Of a DNA stretch of 64,000 bases, positions 18,785 through 28,718 are shown in pieces. The stretch covers positions 148,732 through 212,731 of the forward strand of contig CANJIV010000004.1 of NCBI GenBank assembly GCA_947474595.1, in the 5' to 3' direction. The position numbers and the translations under genes were made by a program. Each line of letters opens with the position of its first letter. Position 1 is the stretch's first letter. The stretch is from Solirubrobacterales bacterium. Lineage in GTDB: Bacteria; Actinomycetota; Thermoleophilia; Solirubrobacterales; Solirubrobacteraceae. Under the pieces are notes generated by a model. It saw only the letters and a program-made list of their open reading frames with translations. It had not been told where the DNA came from and did no database searches.

Positions 18785-19882
18785 ATGGCTGATTCTGGCC
18801 CAATCTCATTCGCTCGTGGCGCTCCGTCTTATGACATCGTCAACGTCGAAGGCCTGCGCTCGGCAACTCGGGCAGCGGCCGAAGGAGAGCTGAAGTGGGC
18901 AACGCCCTACGGCTCTGCCGCTGGCTTTGAGCCTCTGCGAGAGTGGATCGCGACCCGCCACGGCGTAGATCCCACCCGCGTCCTAGTCACCAACGGGTCA
19001 ATGCAAGCAGACGCCTTCCTCTTCGCAGAGCTCGTTTCACCAGGGACCGACGTAGTTATCGAAAGCCCAACCTATGACCGCACGCTGCTTGGCCTGCGCG
19101 AATGCGGCGCCACGCTACACGCCGTGGATCTAGAGTCCGATGGCATCAACATCGAAGCTCTACGCTCGTTAATTGAAGACGGTGGCGTGCGGCCCGCTCT
19201 AGCCCATATCCTCCCCACCTTCCACAACCCGGCCGGATGCACGCTTTCGCTTGCTAAGCGCGTGGCATTGCTCGAGATTGCCGCCGAGTACGGCATCACC
19301 GTCTTTGAAGACGACCCCTACATCGACATCCGCTTCACGGGTGAGCCACTTCCGCGCCTGCTCGACCTCGACAAGTCTGGCAGCGTCGTCTACGCCTCGT
19401 CTTTTTCCAAGACCGTCTGCCCCGGCATCCGGGTCGGATACCTTGTCGCGCCCCAAGAGCTAGCCGCGGCGATCACGACCCGTGCCCTAAATACCTATAT
19501 CTCACCGAGCATGCTCGCCCAGGCCGTCGTATATGAGTTCTGCGCCTCGGGAGAGTTCGAGCGCTCAGTTGCGACGGTTAAGGCCGCCCTAGCCGAGCGT
19601 GTCGCAGTGCTCTCGGCTTCGCTGCGAGAGCGTCTGCCTGAGGCAGCGTTCGTCGAGCCCGAGGGCGGCTACTTTCTCTGGGTCGAATTCCCCCAGGCAA
19701 TAGACAGCTTGCACCTAACGGCGGCAGCCAAAGAACGTGGCGTGATCGTGACGCCTGGTACTGAGTTCACCGTTGATGGTGGCAAGCACGCAGTCCGAAT
19801 CGCGTACTCAGGTGTTGGCGCTAGCGAGATCGACGAAGGCGTGGCGAGACTCGCCGACGCCTACCACTCACTCGCCCAGTAG
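18785..19882 (+). CDS. PLP-dependent aminotransferase, class I/II (2-aminoadipate/MocR-catalytic-domain-like)
   Basis: About 365 aa. SFSKTVCPGIRVGY contains the PLP lysine motif. An alternative GTG start lies at 18779. Confidence 0.75.
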   Translation: MADSGPISFARGAPSYDIVNVEGLRSATRAAAEGELKWATPYGSAAGFEPLREWIATRHGVDPTRVLVTNGSMQADAFLFAELVSPGTDVVIESPTYDRTLLGLRECGATLHAVDLESDGINIEALRSLIEDGGVRPALAHILPTFHNPAGCTLSLAKRVALLEIAAEYGITVFEDDPYIDIRFTGEPLPRLLDLDKSGSVVYASSFSKTVCPGIRVGYLVAPQELAAAITTRALNTYISPSMLAQAVVYEFCASGEFERSVATVKAALAERVAVLSASLRERLPEAAFVEPEGGYFLWVEFPQAIDSLHLTAAAKERGVIVTPGTEFTVDGGKHAVRIAYSGVGASEIDEGVARLADAYHSLAQ

Positions 19883-19895
19883 CCGTTGGGAGACT

Positions 19896-20612
19896 TCAGC
19901 GGCCGTAACGCTCAAGTCCGAGCACAAGGTGCTCAGGCAGAGCAGTACGCGCTGGTGGCGAGGGATCAGCGACGACCGAAACCGTCTCGGCGACACTTGG
20001 TGTAACGACGCACCGCCTTCCTGCCAACTCAACGATCACATCACCTTCGTCGCTGCGCTCGACGACAACTCCCTCTAACTCCGGTTCAATGCCAGCGGCC
20101 TTGAGGTAGTGCAAGAGGTCCTCGGCCTCATTCTCAAAGCGCAAGATACGCACACTCGCACCGACTTCTACATCGGCCAGCGGTACGCCCTCGATCCGCT
20201 GGCCGACCTTGATCGGGTGGCCATGCGGACAGGTCTCAGCATCGCCCACTGCAGCGCGAACGTATGACTCAAAACGTGGAGACATCGCATGTTCGAGGTT
20301 TTCCGCCTCCTCGTGAACGTCATCCCACGGAACACCTACGACATCTGTTAAAAACCGTTCGATTAGCCGATGGCGGCTGACGATCTCTTCGGCCTGTGCA
20401 AGCCCAGTGTCGGTGAAGGAGATGACCTTATCTTCGCCGCGCGTGATGTAGCCGTCACGCTCGAGACGACCGACCATCTCGTGGACCGTCGGAGCAGAGA
20501 GCTGCATGGCGCGAGCGACGTTTGCTGCAGTCATAGCGAGACCCGCCTCATAGAGCCAGAAGATCGTCTGGAGATACTCCTCCTCGGCATCTGTCGCGTG
20601 CTCATTACTCAT
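19896..20612 (-). CDS. DtxR/IdeR/MntR family metal-dependent repressor with C-terminal FeoA/SH3-like domain
   Basis: 238 aa. EEYLQTIFWL, wHTH, the metal-site region RHRLIERFL...HEEAENLEH, and a C-terminal SH3-like domain. Confidence 0.85.
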   Translation of the reverse strand: MSNEHATDAEEEYLQTIFWLYEAGLAMTAANVARAMQLSAPTVHEMVGRLERDGYITRGEDKVISFTDTGLAQAEEIVSRHRLIERFLTDVVGVPWDDVHEEAENLEHAMSPRFESYVRAAVGDAETCPHGHPIKVGQRIEGVPLADVEVGASVRILRFENEAEDLLHYLKAAGIEPELEGVVVERSDEGDVIVELAGRRCVVTPSVAETVSVVADPSPPARTALPEHLVLGLERYGR

Positions 20613-20673
20613 GGCGTTATCTTATCGTGTCGGCGGGGCTAGGTCTGCCATGCGCCGAACGGACCACAGGCCA

Positions 20674-21720
20674 TCAGGGACGAAGCATCGCCTTGATCGA
20701 CCGCCGCTCGTCCATCGCTGCATAGGCCTCGGGGATCTCCTCTAGGGGCAGCTCGAGGTCGAAGACTTGGCCGGGGTCGATTGTCTTGTCTAGTACGTCA
20801 GGGAGCAGCTCCTCGATGTACTGACGCACGGGTGCAACTCCGCCAACAATTGCAACGTTGCGCATGAAGATCCTGCGGATCGGCAGCTCAGAGTCGCCGT
20901 ATGGGGCCCCGACATAGCCGACACGGCCGCCGGGACGAGTGGTGTCAATCGCTTGATCCATCGCCTCCTTAGTACCCACACACTCCAAGACTGAATCCGC
21001 GCCCACACCACCCAGCATCTCGTTGACGATCTTGACTCCTTCCCTACCGCGCTCGGCGACAACGTCCGTAGCACCAAAGCGACGCCCTAGTTCTTGGCGG
21101 TCTGCGTGGCGCGACATCAAAATAATCTGCTCGGCGCCGAGTCGCTTTGCCGCGATAACGGCGCTCAAGCCAACCGCTCCGTCTCCGACGACGACCACCG
21201 TGGAGCCTGGCTCTACGCCGGCACCAAGCGCTGCGTGATGCCCTGTGCCCATCACATCCGAAAGCGTCAGCAGGCTTGCGATCATCGACTCATCGGGCAT
21301 CTCAGGCAACGCCACAAGCGTGCCATCGGCAAGTGGAGAGCGCACCCACTGACCCTGCCCACCGTCGACTGGTAGACCGCCGTGCGAGGTCCCCCAGAAC
21401 GCTCCCTGCTCACATGAAGTGTGAACGCCATGACGGCAGTGCACACAGCTGCCGTCACTGATCGCGAAAGGGGCGATCACAAAGTCGCCGACCTTAATGG
21501 TGGCGACGTCACTTCCGATCTCCTCTACGACGCCGACAAGCTCGTGTCCGATCCGTCTTGGCACTGTTGTCTCTGTAAAGCCACGGTAGGGCCAGAGATC
21601 CGACCCGCAGACGCATGTGGCAACGACGCGAACGATAGCGTCGGTCGAGTTGACAATGGTTGGGTCTGGCACAGTCTCGACGCGGATATCGCGCGGACCG
21701 TGGATCAAGGTAGCTCTCAT
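20674..21720 (-). CDS. zinc-dependent alcohol/formaldehyde dehydrogenase family oxidoreductase
   Basis: 348 aa. CVCGSDLW, GHE and the structural-zinc Cys cluster (DGSCVHCRHGVHTSC), plus Rossmann GDGAVG. Confidence 0.8.
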   Translation of the reverse strand: MRATLIHGPRDIRVETVPDPTIVNSTDAIVRVVATCVCGSDLWPYRGFTETTVPRRIGHELVGVVEEIGSDVATIKVGDFVIAPFAISDGSCVHCRHGVHTSCEQGAFWGTSHGGLPVDGGQGQWVRSPLADGTLVALPEMPDESMIASLLTLSDVMGTGHHAALGAGVEPGSTVVVVGDGAVGLSAVIAAKRLGAEQIILMSRHADRQELGRRFGATDVVAERGREGVKIVNEMLGGVGADSVLECVGTKEAMDQAIDTTRPGGRVGYVGAPYGDSELPIRRIFMRNVAIVGGVAPVRQYIEELLPDVLDKTIDPGQVFDLELPLEEIPEAYAAMDERRSIKAMLRP

Positions 21721-21805
21721 TCCTAGGAGCCTAACCGAGCGCTGCGGTTACCGGGGTATCTCTGTTTCTCACCGTAGCTGACGATCGTGAGAAGATCTCA
21801 GGTTC

Positions 21806-22819
21806 GTGTCGACAAAATCCACCACGAGGGCGGCCGTGAAGCGACCGGCGATCCTCGTCGCTCCCGATAAGTTCAAGCAGACATTTCGGGCACGAGAGGT
21901 AGCTGCGGCGGTCGGTCGCGGTTTAGAGAGCGGTGGATGGGAGATAGATCTCTGCCCTGTGGCAGACGGTGGTGATGGCACGATGGAGACGTTATTGCTG
22001 GCGCTGGGTGGCCAGACCAGTGGAGTCGAAGTCCACGGCCCACTCGGGACGACCGTCAAAGCTGGGTTCGCCCTTCTCGAGGACGGTGCCACAGCGGTTG
22101 TCGAGGTCGCGGCTGCCAGCGGACTCGCTTTAGTGGCAGAGCATGAGAGAGACAGTGAAGCAGCGTCAAGCGGCGGCACCGGCGAGCTAATCGTCGCCGC
22201 TGCGACCGCGGGAGCGCAGGTGATTTTGGTAGCCGCAGGCGGTAGCGCTACCACTGACGGCGGCCGCGGTGCGATCGAAGCGATCGCTGCTGCAGGCGGC
22301 ATCGGTGATGCGCGCCTAGTTGTGCTGGCCGACGTCAACACGCCCTTCGAGCATGCTGCAGAGCTCTTCGCGCCCCAGAAGGGCGCCGACGCTGCGGCAG
22401 TCCGGCGACTCTCTAAGCGCCTAGACACGCTTGCCACCACCCTTGCACGCGACCCTCGCGGCGTCGCCATGACCGGGGCAGCGGGCGGCTTAGCTGGTGG
22501 GTTGTGGGCGGCCTTTGATGCCCGTATCGAGTCAGGCGCTGCGTTTGTTCTCAAAGCGCTGGACTTTGACATCCGTATGCGTGAAGCGCGCGCGGTGGTT
22601 GTTGGCGAGGGCGCAATCGACAAGCAGTCCCTGCACGGCAAGGTATTGGGAGAGATCGCCACACGCGCGCGCCAAGCCGGAGTGCCGTGCCATGCGGTGG
22701 TAGGGCGTGACGATCTCGACGCATTCGACAAACGCATTCTTGACCTCCAACACGTCATCGAGGCCACCACACTCGATGAACTAGAGGCCGCTGGCCTTCG
22801 CCTCGCGGCCCTCCTCTAA
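21806..22819 (+). CDS. glxK: glycerate kinase
   Basis: 337 aa with a GTG start. APDKFK...VADGGDGT signature. The long antisense ORF 21769..22770 is judged spurious. Confidence 0.8.
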   Translation: MSTKSTTRAAVKRPAILVAPDKFKQTFRAREVAAAVGRGLESGGWEIDLCPVADGGDGTMETLLLALGGQTSGVEVHGPLGTTVKAGFALLEDGATAVVEVAAASGLALVAEHERDSEAASSGGTGELIVAAATAGAQVILVAAGGSATTDGGRGAIEAIAAAGGIGDARLVVLADVNTPFEHAAELFAPQKGADAAAVRRLSKRLDTLATTLARDPRGVAMTGAAGGLAGGLWAAFDARIESGAAFVLKALDFDIRMREARAVVVGEGAIDKQSLHGKVLGEIATRARQAGVPCHAVVGRDDLDAFDKRILDLQHVIEATTLDELEAAGLRLAALL

Positions 22820-22833
22820 TACGCTCGACATAT

Positions 22834-23907
22834 ATGGCTGACCGCAAACTCCCATCACTCTCAATTCCAACACCCGGACAGAAGCGCGCGGTGGTGGTTG
22901 GCGCTGGTTCGTTTGGAACCGCCGTAGCGGTATTGCTGGCACGCGGCGGCATGCGGACAACTCTGCTGACGCGCACCGCAGAGCAAGCGCTGCTGCTACA
23001 AGAAGACCGCGAGAATCGACGCTATCTGCCGGGTATCCAGCTGCCTCGCGAGCTGCGCATCGATACCGCAACGGTCGGCTTAGCTCGCACCGAGTTCGTC
23101 TTCCTGGCCGTCCCGTCTAAGAGCCTTGACACCGTAATCGCCGGGCTAGCTTCTGCAGGCCTGTCACAGCGCACCGCAGTGGTATCGCTCGCTAAAGGAT
23201 TGGTGGCGCCCGACGGCACGCCACCAACAGTCCTACTGAGATCCCAGCTCGATCCTTCTCGCGTGGCCTGCGTCGGTGGTCCAACCCACGCCCATGAGAT
23301 GGTCGCCGAAGGCGCCGCTCTAGTTGCCGCCTCCAGCGACGAAACGCTCGCCAACACACTCGCACAAGCCTTTAATCGCGCCGGTGTCGTCTGCGAACAG
23401 TCAAATGACCCGGTGGGAGTGGAGATGGCTGGCACGGCAAAGAATGCGGCTGCGTTAGCTGCTGGAGCTACGGAGGGCCAGGGCTTAAACGCCGCCGGCG
23501 CTGCTGCTGGCCATATCTTCGCCGAGGTCTGGCGCTATACCGAGGCTCAAGGAGGCCGCGCGGAGTCCTTCATCGGCCTCGCCGGGATCGGTGATCTAGT
23601 CGCCACCGCGCTAGCGCCCAATAGCCGCAACCGCCGCGCAGGAGAGCTGCTGGCCGCGGGCGTGTCAGGCAGTGATATTCCTGCTCAGATCGGCCAAGCC
23701 GTTGAAGCGCTGGAGTCCGTCCCACTGCTGGCTACAGCCCTACGCCGCTCAGGCGTCGAAGCGCCCGTGACAGCCGCACTGGCACGTTTGATCTCGGGAG
23801 AGCTTCCTCTCAGCGACTGGGTCGCACTGGTTCGCACTACAGTTCCGCCACCAGCACGTTGGGGTTCGGTCCGACGCGGATTTTGGAGCCGTGACCGCAG
23901 GCGCTAA
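22834..23907 (+). CDS. gpsA: NAD(P)H-dependent glycerol-3-phosphate dehydrogenase
   Basis: 357 aa. GAGSFGTAVAVLLA Rossmann motif and the GpsA-typical C-terminal domain (KNAAALAAG, GDLVAT). Confidence 0.85.
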   Translation: MADRKLPSLSIPTPGQKRAVVVGAGSFGTAVAVLLARGGMRTTLLTRTAEQALLLQEDRENRRYLPGIQLPRELRIDTATVGLARTEFVFLAVPSKSLDTVIAGLASAGLSQRTAVVSLAKGLVAPDGTPPTVLLRSQLDPSRVACVGGPTHAHEMVAEGAALVAASSDETLANTLAQAFNRAGVVCEQSNDPVGVEMAGTAKNAAALAAGATEGQGLNAAGAAAGHIFAEVWRYTEAQGGRAESFIGLAGIGDLVATALAPNSRNRRAGELLAAGVSGSDIPAQIGQAVEALESVPLLATALRRSGVEAPVTAALARLISGELPLSDWVALVRTTVPPPARWGSVRRGFWSRDRRR

Positions 23908-23921
23908 CAGAGAGCGTTTCG

Positions 23922-24740
23922 CTAGTCACCTATCGCCAGCGTCGTCACTACCGCCTCATAGACCCCGGCCCCGTTGCGCTCTTCGGTCACGCGGACGTTG
24001 TCCATGCTCGCCGCCAAAGCTCCCAGCGCCGGCTCCTTCTCAACGGCATTGCGCATTAGCCAGAAAGTGCCGACGACTGCAGCTGCCCCTAGGTCCTCGC
24101 GTGAATCACCTGCGGCTATGACCTCATCGCGCGCGTAGCCGCGAATCTGCATATGACGAGCGACCGCCCGGGCCTTAGAGGCACCGCGCGGCACCAGATG
24201 ATAGGCCCGAGCTGACTCTATCCCCACGAGCGTGTCGGAGTGGCGGTGGATCGCACCGTTGTCGACTAAGCGCAAGTGGTCGATTCCTTCAGCCTCCAAT
24301 AGAGCGTCTACCTCATCGACATCAACAAGGCCTCGGAAGAGGTGAGAGACCTCACGATCGAGATGCCACGGATCGTGATATTCAAGCCTGCCGACGTAGC
24401 GATCGAGCAGCATCTGGGGGGCCCCGGTGCTCGAAATCTGATCGTGAATGCTCAGCTCTCCCGGCTCAATGCCATCGGTCAACCACTCGCATTCGCCGTC
24501 GATCTCTAAGGCTGAGCCAGCCTCGAAGATAAAGGCCGTCATGCCGAGTAGACGAGCATCTTCAAAGACTTGAGCGCGACGGCGGCCGGAGAAGATCACA
24601 ACTTCGGCCCCGGCCCGATCGCAGGCCTGCAACGCCCTAACTCCCAGCAGAGAGAAGATGCCCTCCTCATCGTGGAGCAGTGATGCACCGCGGCCAAGCA
24701 AGGTACCGTCGAGATCGACGTAAAGACAGCGCAGGGTCAT
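23922..24740 (-). CDS. HAD-IIB phosphatase, candidate glucosyl-3-phosphoglycerate phosphatase
   Basis: 272 aa. DLDGTLL nucleophile motif and distal GDSxxD (AAGDSRED). Lies immediately downstream of gpgS on the same strand. Confidence 0.55.
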   Translation of the reverse strand: MTLRCLYVDLDGTLLGRGASLLHDEEGIFSLLGVRALQACDRAGAEVVIFSGRRRAQVFEDARLLGMTAFIFEAGSALEIDGECEWLTDGIEPGELSIHDQISSTGAPQMLLDRYVGRLEYHDPWHLDREVSHLFRGLVDVDEVDALLEAEGIDHLRLVDNGAIHRHSDTLVGIESARAYHLVPRGASKARAVARHMQIRGYARDEVIAAGDSREDLGAAAVVGTFWLMRNAVEKEPALGALAASMDNVRVTEERNGAGVYEAVVTTLAIGD

Positions 24741-24826
24741 GGTAGAAGGAGTTTAGGGCCTACCGGCGGCCTCCCGAGCATCCGGAACCTAGCGTGGTCG
24801 AGATCAGCCCGACCAGGCGACCTGAG

Positions 24827-25753
24827 CTAAAGGGGCTTTACGTTAAGAGTCGCAAGCGGTGGGCGCTCGACTAAGTCGATTGCGTGAGCAGTTAGGCCAC
24901 CGGTCGTGCCCATCAGCAAGTCACCTGGCTCTACGCCGACCAGTCGCCCCTCACGCTCTAGCCGTTCAGTAACGACTTGAAGGACCGCGTAGGCCATCGG
25001 CACCAGCGCGTCTAAGGTCTGGTGCACATTTATGCGCTCGTCGAAATCGACCTGGGCGATCCTATTGAGACCGATCTTGCGGTAGGTGTCGATCAACATC
25101 GCGATCTCGACCGCATAGCCGGTCGAGAACGGGATACTTTCAAGGAAATCTCTGCGCGCCGCGATCTCGCCGGAGAGCGGCTGTCCGATCCCAGCAAGCT
25201 CTGGGTAGAAGATCGCCAACAGAGGACGAGCGCAGAGCTGGGATACGCGCCCACCGCCGTCGGGCACATTGATATCCCCGACGGTGAAGGGACGGCGGAA
25301 GGTTGCCTTGACGAAATCGATCCCCTTCTCGCAGACCAGCGGCCCGGCTAGTCCGCAGACAAATCGATCTGAGAATCCGGTTGTATCTCCGTCTACGAAA
25401 CAGATGACGTCGCCATCGAGGACCGTCAGCGACCGCCACATCGCGTCGCCCTTTCCTAACACCGGCCCTTGGTCGGGCAGGAGATCGTCATCGCTGTGGA
25501 CCTCTGCCCCTGCTGCTGCGGCTAAATCGCCCGTGCCATCACTTGACGCACCATCCATCACGACGACCTGATCGATCACTCCGGCGCCCTTGAGCGCCAC
25601 CAATGACTCGACAATAGCTGTGATCGTTGACGCACAGTTACGAGCAGGGACGCAGACCGAAATAGTCGAATCGCGCTCGGCTGCGAGACGACCAGGCGGA
25701 TAGGCGCCATGGTGGAGTGAACGGGTCTGTATCCAGCGCTGTGCAGGGGTCAT
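24827..25753 (-). CDS. gpgS: glucosyl-3-phosphoglycerate synthase (GT81 family)
   Basis: 308 aa. Collinear by eye with mycobacterial GpgS as I recall it: ISVCVPARN, GKGDAMWRS, FVDGD, GGGRV..LCARPLL, QPLSGE and GYAVEIAMLID. Confidence 0.8.
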   Translation of the reverse strand: MTPAQRWIQTRSLHHGAYPPGRLAAERDSTISVCVPARNCASTITAIVESLVALKGAGVIDQVVVMDGASSDGTGDLAAAAGAEVHSDDDLLPDQGPVLGKGDAMWRSLTVLDGDVICFVDGDTTGFSDRFVCGLAGPLVCEKGIDFVKATFRRPFTVGDINVPDGGGRVSQLCARPLLAIFYPELAGIGQPLSGEIAARRDFLESIPFSTGYAVEIAMLIDTYRKIGLNRIAQVDFDERINVHQTLDALVPMAYAVLQVVTERLEREGRLVGVEPGDLLMGTTGGLTAHAIDLVERPPLATLNVKPL

Positions 25754-25905
25754 ATTCTTAAGTACGCAGCTAGCGGCCTGACGTACTATGCCAATCCTGA
25801 AGTTTTCAATCGACCGTCGCTGCTAGAGGTCGCTTTTTTGGCTGTTTGACTAGTTTTTCGACGGTCGTATTAGGACGACTAATCCCCTACGCGCGCCGCG
25901 CGACT

Positions 25906-26316
25906 CTACTTAGCAAGAGTAACGATGATAACGCCAGCCACGATGACTAAAGCGCCCACAACGCGACCAACCGTAAGTGCTTCCGAGAGGAATACTGCCG
26001 CCATCACGAGTGTTACCGCAGGATAGGCGGATGAGACCGCTATGACCTTGCCAGCGTCGCCTAAGCCGAGCGAAAAGTAGAACAGCATCAAACCCCCGAT
26101 CGCTAGTGCTGCTGAGGCGATCGCCCATCCGCTACCGGCAGTTAAGCGCAGATGCGTCTGCCCCATGATGAGCAGAACGGGAACGACTAAAAGATAGCCG
26201 ATGCCCGACCATAGGATGAGATCCGGCCAGCTCAGAGTCCGTAGCGCTAGTTTGCTCGTTATTCCAAGTGCTGCCACCGCGAGCACATAAACTAGAGTTG
26301 GTATTAACCAAGACAA
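25906..26316 (-). CDS. small EamA/DMT-type membrane protein
   Basis: 136 aa with four hydrophobic helices, arranged like a single EamA domain. Confidence 0.55.
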   Translation of the reverse strand: MSWLIPTLVYVLAVAALGITSKLALRTLSWPDLILWSGIGYLLVVPVLLIMGQTHLRLTAGSGWAIASAALAIGGLMLFYFSLGLGDAGKVIAVSSAYPAVTLVMAAVFLSEALTVGRVVGALVIVAGVIIVTLAK

Positions 26317-26414
26317 TCCACGAAGCCTACCTCCACCTCCACCACAATGCGAGCCAACAGGTTGGCCGATAAGTCAATTTCTTGGGCTTCTAGATTCGGT
26401 CCCGTCCCCGTAGC

Positions 26415-28703
26415 ATGGACTCAGCAATGTCATCGACTGCCAAGACACAGCCGTGGGACGAACTACTCGCAGCCGGAGCTCAAGACGACCGACTTGTGCA
26501 CCGTTCGCTAGAGGGCGCGAGACGTGCGGTCATCGAGCCGATGCCCGCCGACCTTCACCCAGATCTCGTAGCAGCCCTTGCCCGCAGCGGAATCGACAAT
26601 CTCTACCGTCACCAAGCTCACGCCCTACAGGCCGCGACGGCCGGGCCGATGATCGTCACGACAGGCACCGCCTCTGGCAAATCGCTGTGTTTTAACCTGC
26701 CGACGCTCGACGTTCTGTGCAGCGATGCCAAGGCTCGCGCGATCTACCTGTATCCAACCAAAGCGCTCGCCCAAGACCAAGCGCGAGCGCTCAACGCCCT
26801 CGGACTCCCAAATCTGCGTCCAGCGATCTACGACGGCGACACACCACGGGGGGATCGGGGTTCGATCCGCAAGCGCGCCAACATCGTTCTCACTAACCCC
26901 GACATGCTCCACGTCGGCATCCTGCCAAACCACCAAGCCTGGGCAGACTTCTTCGCCAATCTTGCTGTTGTGGTGATCGACGAAGCGCACGTCTACCGTG
27001 GAGTATTCGGCTCCCACGTTGCCAACGTCTTGCGGCGCCTGCGCAGGATCGCCAACGCTTATGGGACCGATCCACGGTTTCTGCTGGCTAGCGCGACGAT
27101 CGCCAACCCACTCGATCTCGCCCAAAGGCTGACCGGCTTGGAGGAGATAACTCTTATAGACGAGGACGGTTCGCCGGGAGCTGCGCGGCGGATCGCAATC
27201 TGGAATCCACCGCTGCTCGATGAGGCGCTGGGGACCCGTGGCTCTCCTTTGGTCGAGGCGGCCAACATGATCGCCGACCTAGTAATTGCCGGAGCGCGAA
27301 CGATCTGCTTTATGAAGTCGCGCAAGGCGGTTGAGCTGATCGCACGCTTTGCCACAGAGCGCCTCGAGGAGCTCGCGCCTGAGCTCGTCGACCAGATCGC
27401 CCCATATCGCGCGGGCTATACCTCCCAACAACGCCGTGAGCTAGAGCGCCGCCTGACCGAGGGCGAGCTGATGGCTGTCATCACGACCAACGCCCTGGAG
27501 CTGGGCATTGACATCGGAGCGCTCGACGCCGCGATCTGCGTGACCTTCCCTGGGACCGTAGCGAGCCTGCGCCAGATGTGGGGAAGGGCCGGGAGGCGAG
27601 GACGCGGGCTAGCCGTCTATATCGCGGGCGACGACGCCTTAGACCAGTTCTTTTGCCGCCACCCTGACGAATTCTTAGCTCGCCCGGTGGAGGCAGCGAT
27701 CCTAGACTGTGAGTCTGAGCAGATTCACTTAAGCCACCTACGCTGCGCTGCTCATGAGGGCCCTTTGAGCGAGGCCGACTCGGCAATCCTTGGGCCCCGC
27801 TGGCGGACTTATGCAGACCGCTTGGTATCTAGTGGCGACCTGCGTATACGAGGCCAGACCTACTGGCCAGCAAGGCCTCAAGATTTCCCAGCGGCCGAGG
27901 TCTCTCTGCGCTCTGCGTCGGCCCAGGCCTTCACCGTGCTCGACTGTGATTCCGGGGAAGTGATCGGAACGATCGAATTGGCGCGTGCCTTCTCGACCGC
28001 TCACGTCGGCGCCATTTACCTGCACCTCGGTCGCTCCTATGAGGTCATCGAGCTAGACATCGACGGTCGCCGCGTCATTGTTAAGTCCTTCCTCGGCGAC
28101 TACTACACCCAACCCAAGCAGGACACCCAGACCTACATTGAAAGCCTGCTAGACCAGCGCGAGACGATGGGCGTCAAGCTGTCATTTGGTGTCGTGGTGG
28201 TCAGTGAGCAAGTGCTTGGATATCAGCGCAAGAAAATCTCTGACCACGACTCCTTGGAGTTCATCGGCCTCGACCTCCCCGAGACAGAGTTCTCCACTCA
28301 GGCGCTCTGGTATGAGCTCCCAGAGGGCGTCCTGTCAGCGGAGTTTCCGGTCGAGGAGATGCTTGGATCGCTACACGCCGTCGAACACTCTCAGATCGCC
28401 GTGCTGCCTCTGCTAGCAATGTGCGACCGCTGGGATATCGGCGGCCTGTCGACTAATCAGCACCCTCAGACAGGCGGTCCGACGATCTTCATCTACGACG
28501 GCCACCCCGGAGGCGTCGGGATCACGCGTCAGGGTTTTGACCGCTTCGAGGCCCTTACGGGCGATGCGCTGCGCTTGATCGCCGAATGCAGCTGTCGTAG
28601 CGGCTGTCCGTCGTGTATCCAGTCGCCCAAGTGCGGCAACCTTAACGAGCCGCTAAGCAAGGCGGGCGCGCGCGAGCTGATGACACGGATGGTGGAGCGG
28701 TAG
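26415..28703 (+). CDS. DEAD/DEAH-box helicase with C-terminal DUF1998 zinc module (MrfA/YprA-like)
   Basis: 762 aa. Walker A TGTASGKS, DEAH box (VIDEAH), motif VI, and a C-terminal four-Cys module CSCRSGCPSCIQSPKCGN. Confidence 0.8.
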   Translation: MDSAMSSTAKTQPWDELLAAGAQDDRLVHRSLEGARRAVIEPMPADLHPDLVAALARSGIDNLYRHQAHALQAATAGPMIVTTGTASGKSLCFNLPTLDVLCSDAKARAIYLYPTKALAQDQARALNALGLPNLRPAIYDGDTPRGDRGSIRKRANIVLTNPDMLHVGILPNHQAWADFFANLAVVVIDEAHVYRGVFGSHVANVLRRLRRIANAYGTDPRFLLASATIANPLDLAQRLTGLEEITLIDEDGSPGAARRIAIWNPPLLDEALGTRGSPLVEAANMIADLVIAGARTICFMKSRKAVELIARFATERLEELAPELVDQIAPYRAGYTSQQRRELERRLTEGELMAVITTNALELGIDIGALDAAICVTFPGTVASLRQMWGRAGRRGRGLAVYIAGDDALDQFFCRHPDEFLARPVEAAILDCESEQIHLSHLRCAAHEGPLSEADSAILGPRWRTYADRLVSSGDLRIRGQTYWPARPQDFPAAEVSLRSASAQAFTVLDCDSGEVIGTIELARAFSTAHVGAIYLHLGRSYEVIELDIDGRRVIVKSFLGDYYTQPKQDTQTYIESLLDQRETMGVKLSFGVVVVSEQVLGYQRKKISDHDSLEFIGLDLPETEFSTQALWYELPEGVLSAEFPVEEMLGSLHAVEHSQIAVLPLLAMCDRWDIGGLSTNQHPQTGGPTIFIYDGHPGGVGITRQGFDRFEALTGDALRLIAECSCRSGCPSCIQSPKCGNLNEPLSKAGARELMTRMVER

Positions 28704-28718
28704 TAATCGAAGCCTGAG

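Noticed and set aside
21769-22770. 333-aa ORF fully antisense to glycerate kinase. There are many similar long antisense or out-of-frame ORFs, for example 375..1010, 14096..14671, 17465..18244, 45511..46254 and 52080..52886.
   Set aside because: Their translations are Ala/Arg/Ser/Pro/Thr-rich low-complexity sequences with no recognisable motifs. They mirror genes with clear family signatures. This is the expected stop-codon-poor artefact of high-GC DNA.
25754-25905. AT-richer gap containing a hairpin followed by CTTTTTTGG on the plus strand, suggestive of a plus-strand terminator or sRNA.
   Set aside because: No plus-strand gene or promoter precedes it, and the stem is only 5 bp with a 12-nt loop. 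It more likely belongs to the AT-rich promoter region of gpgS.
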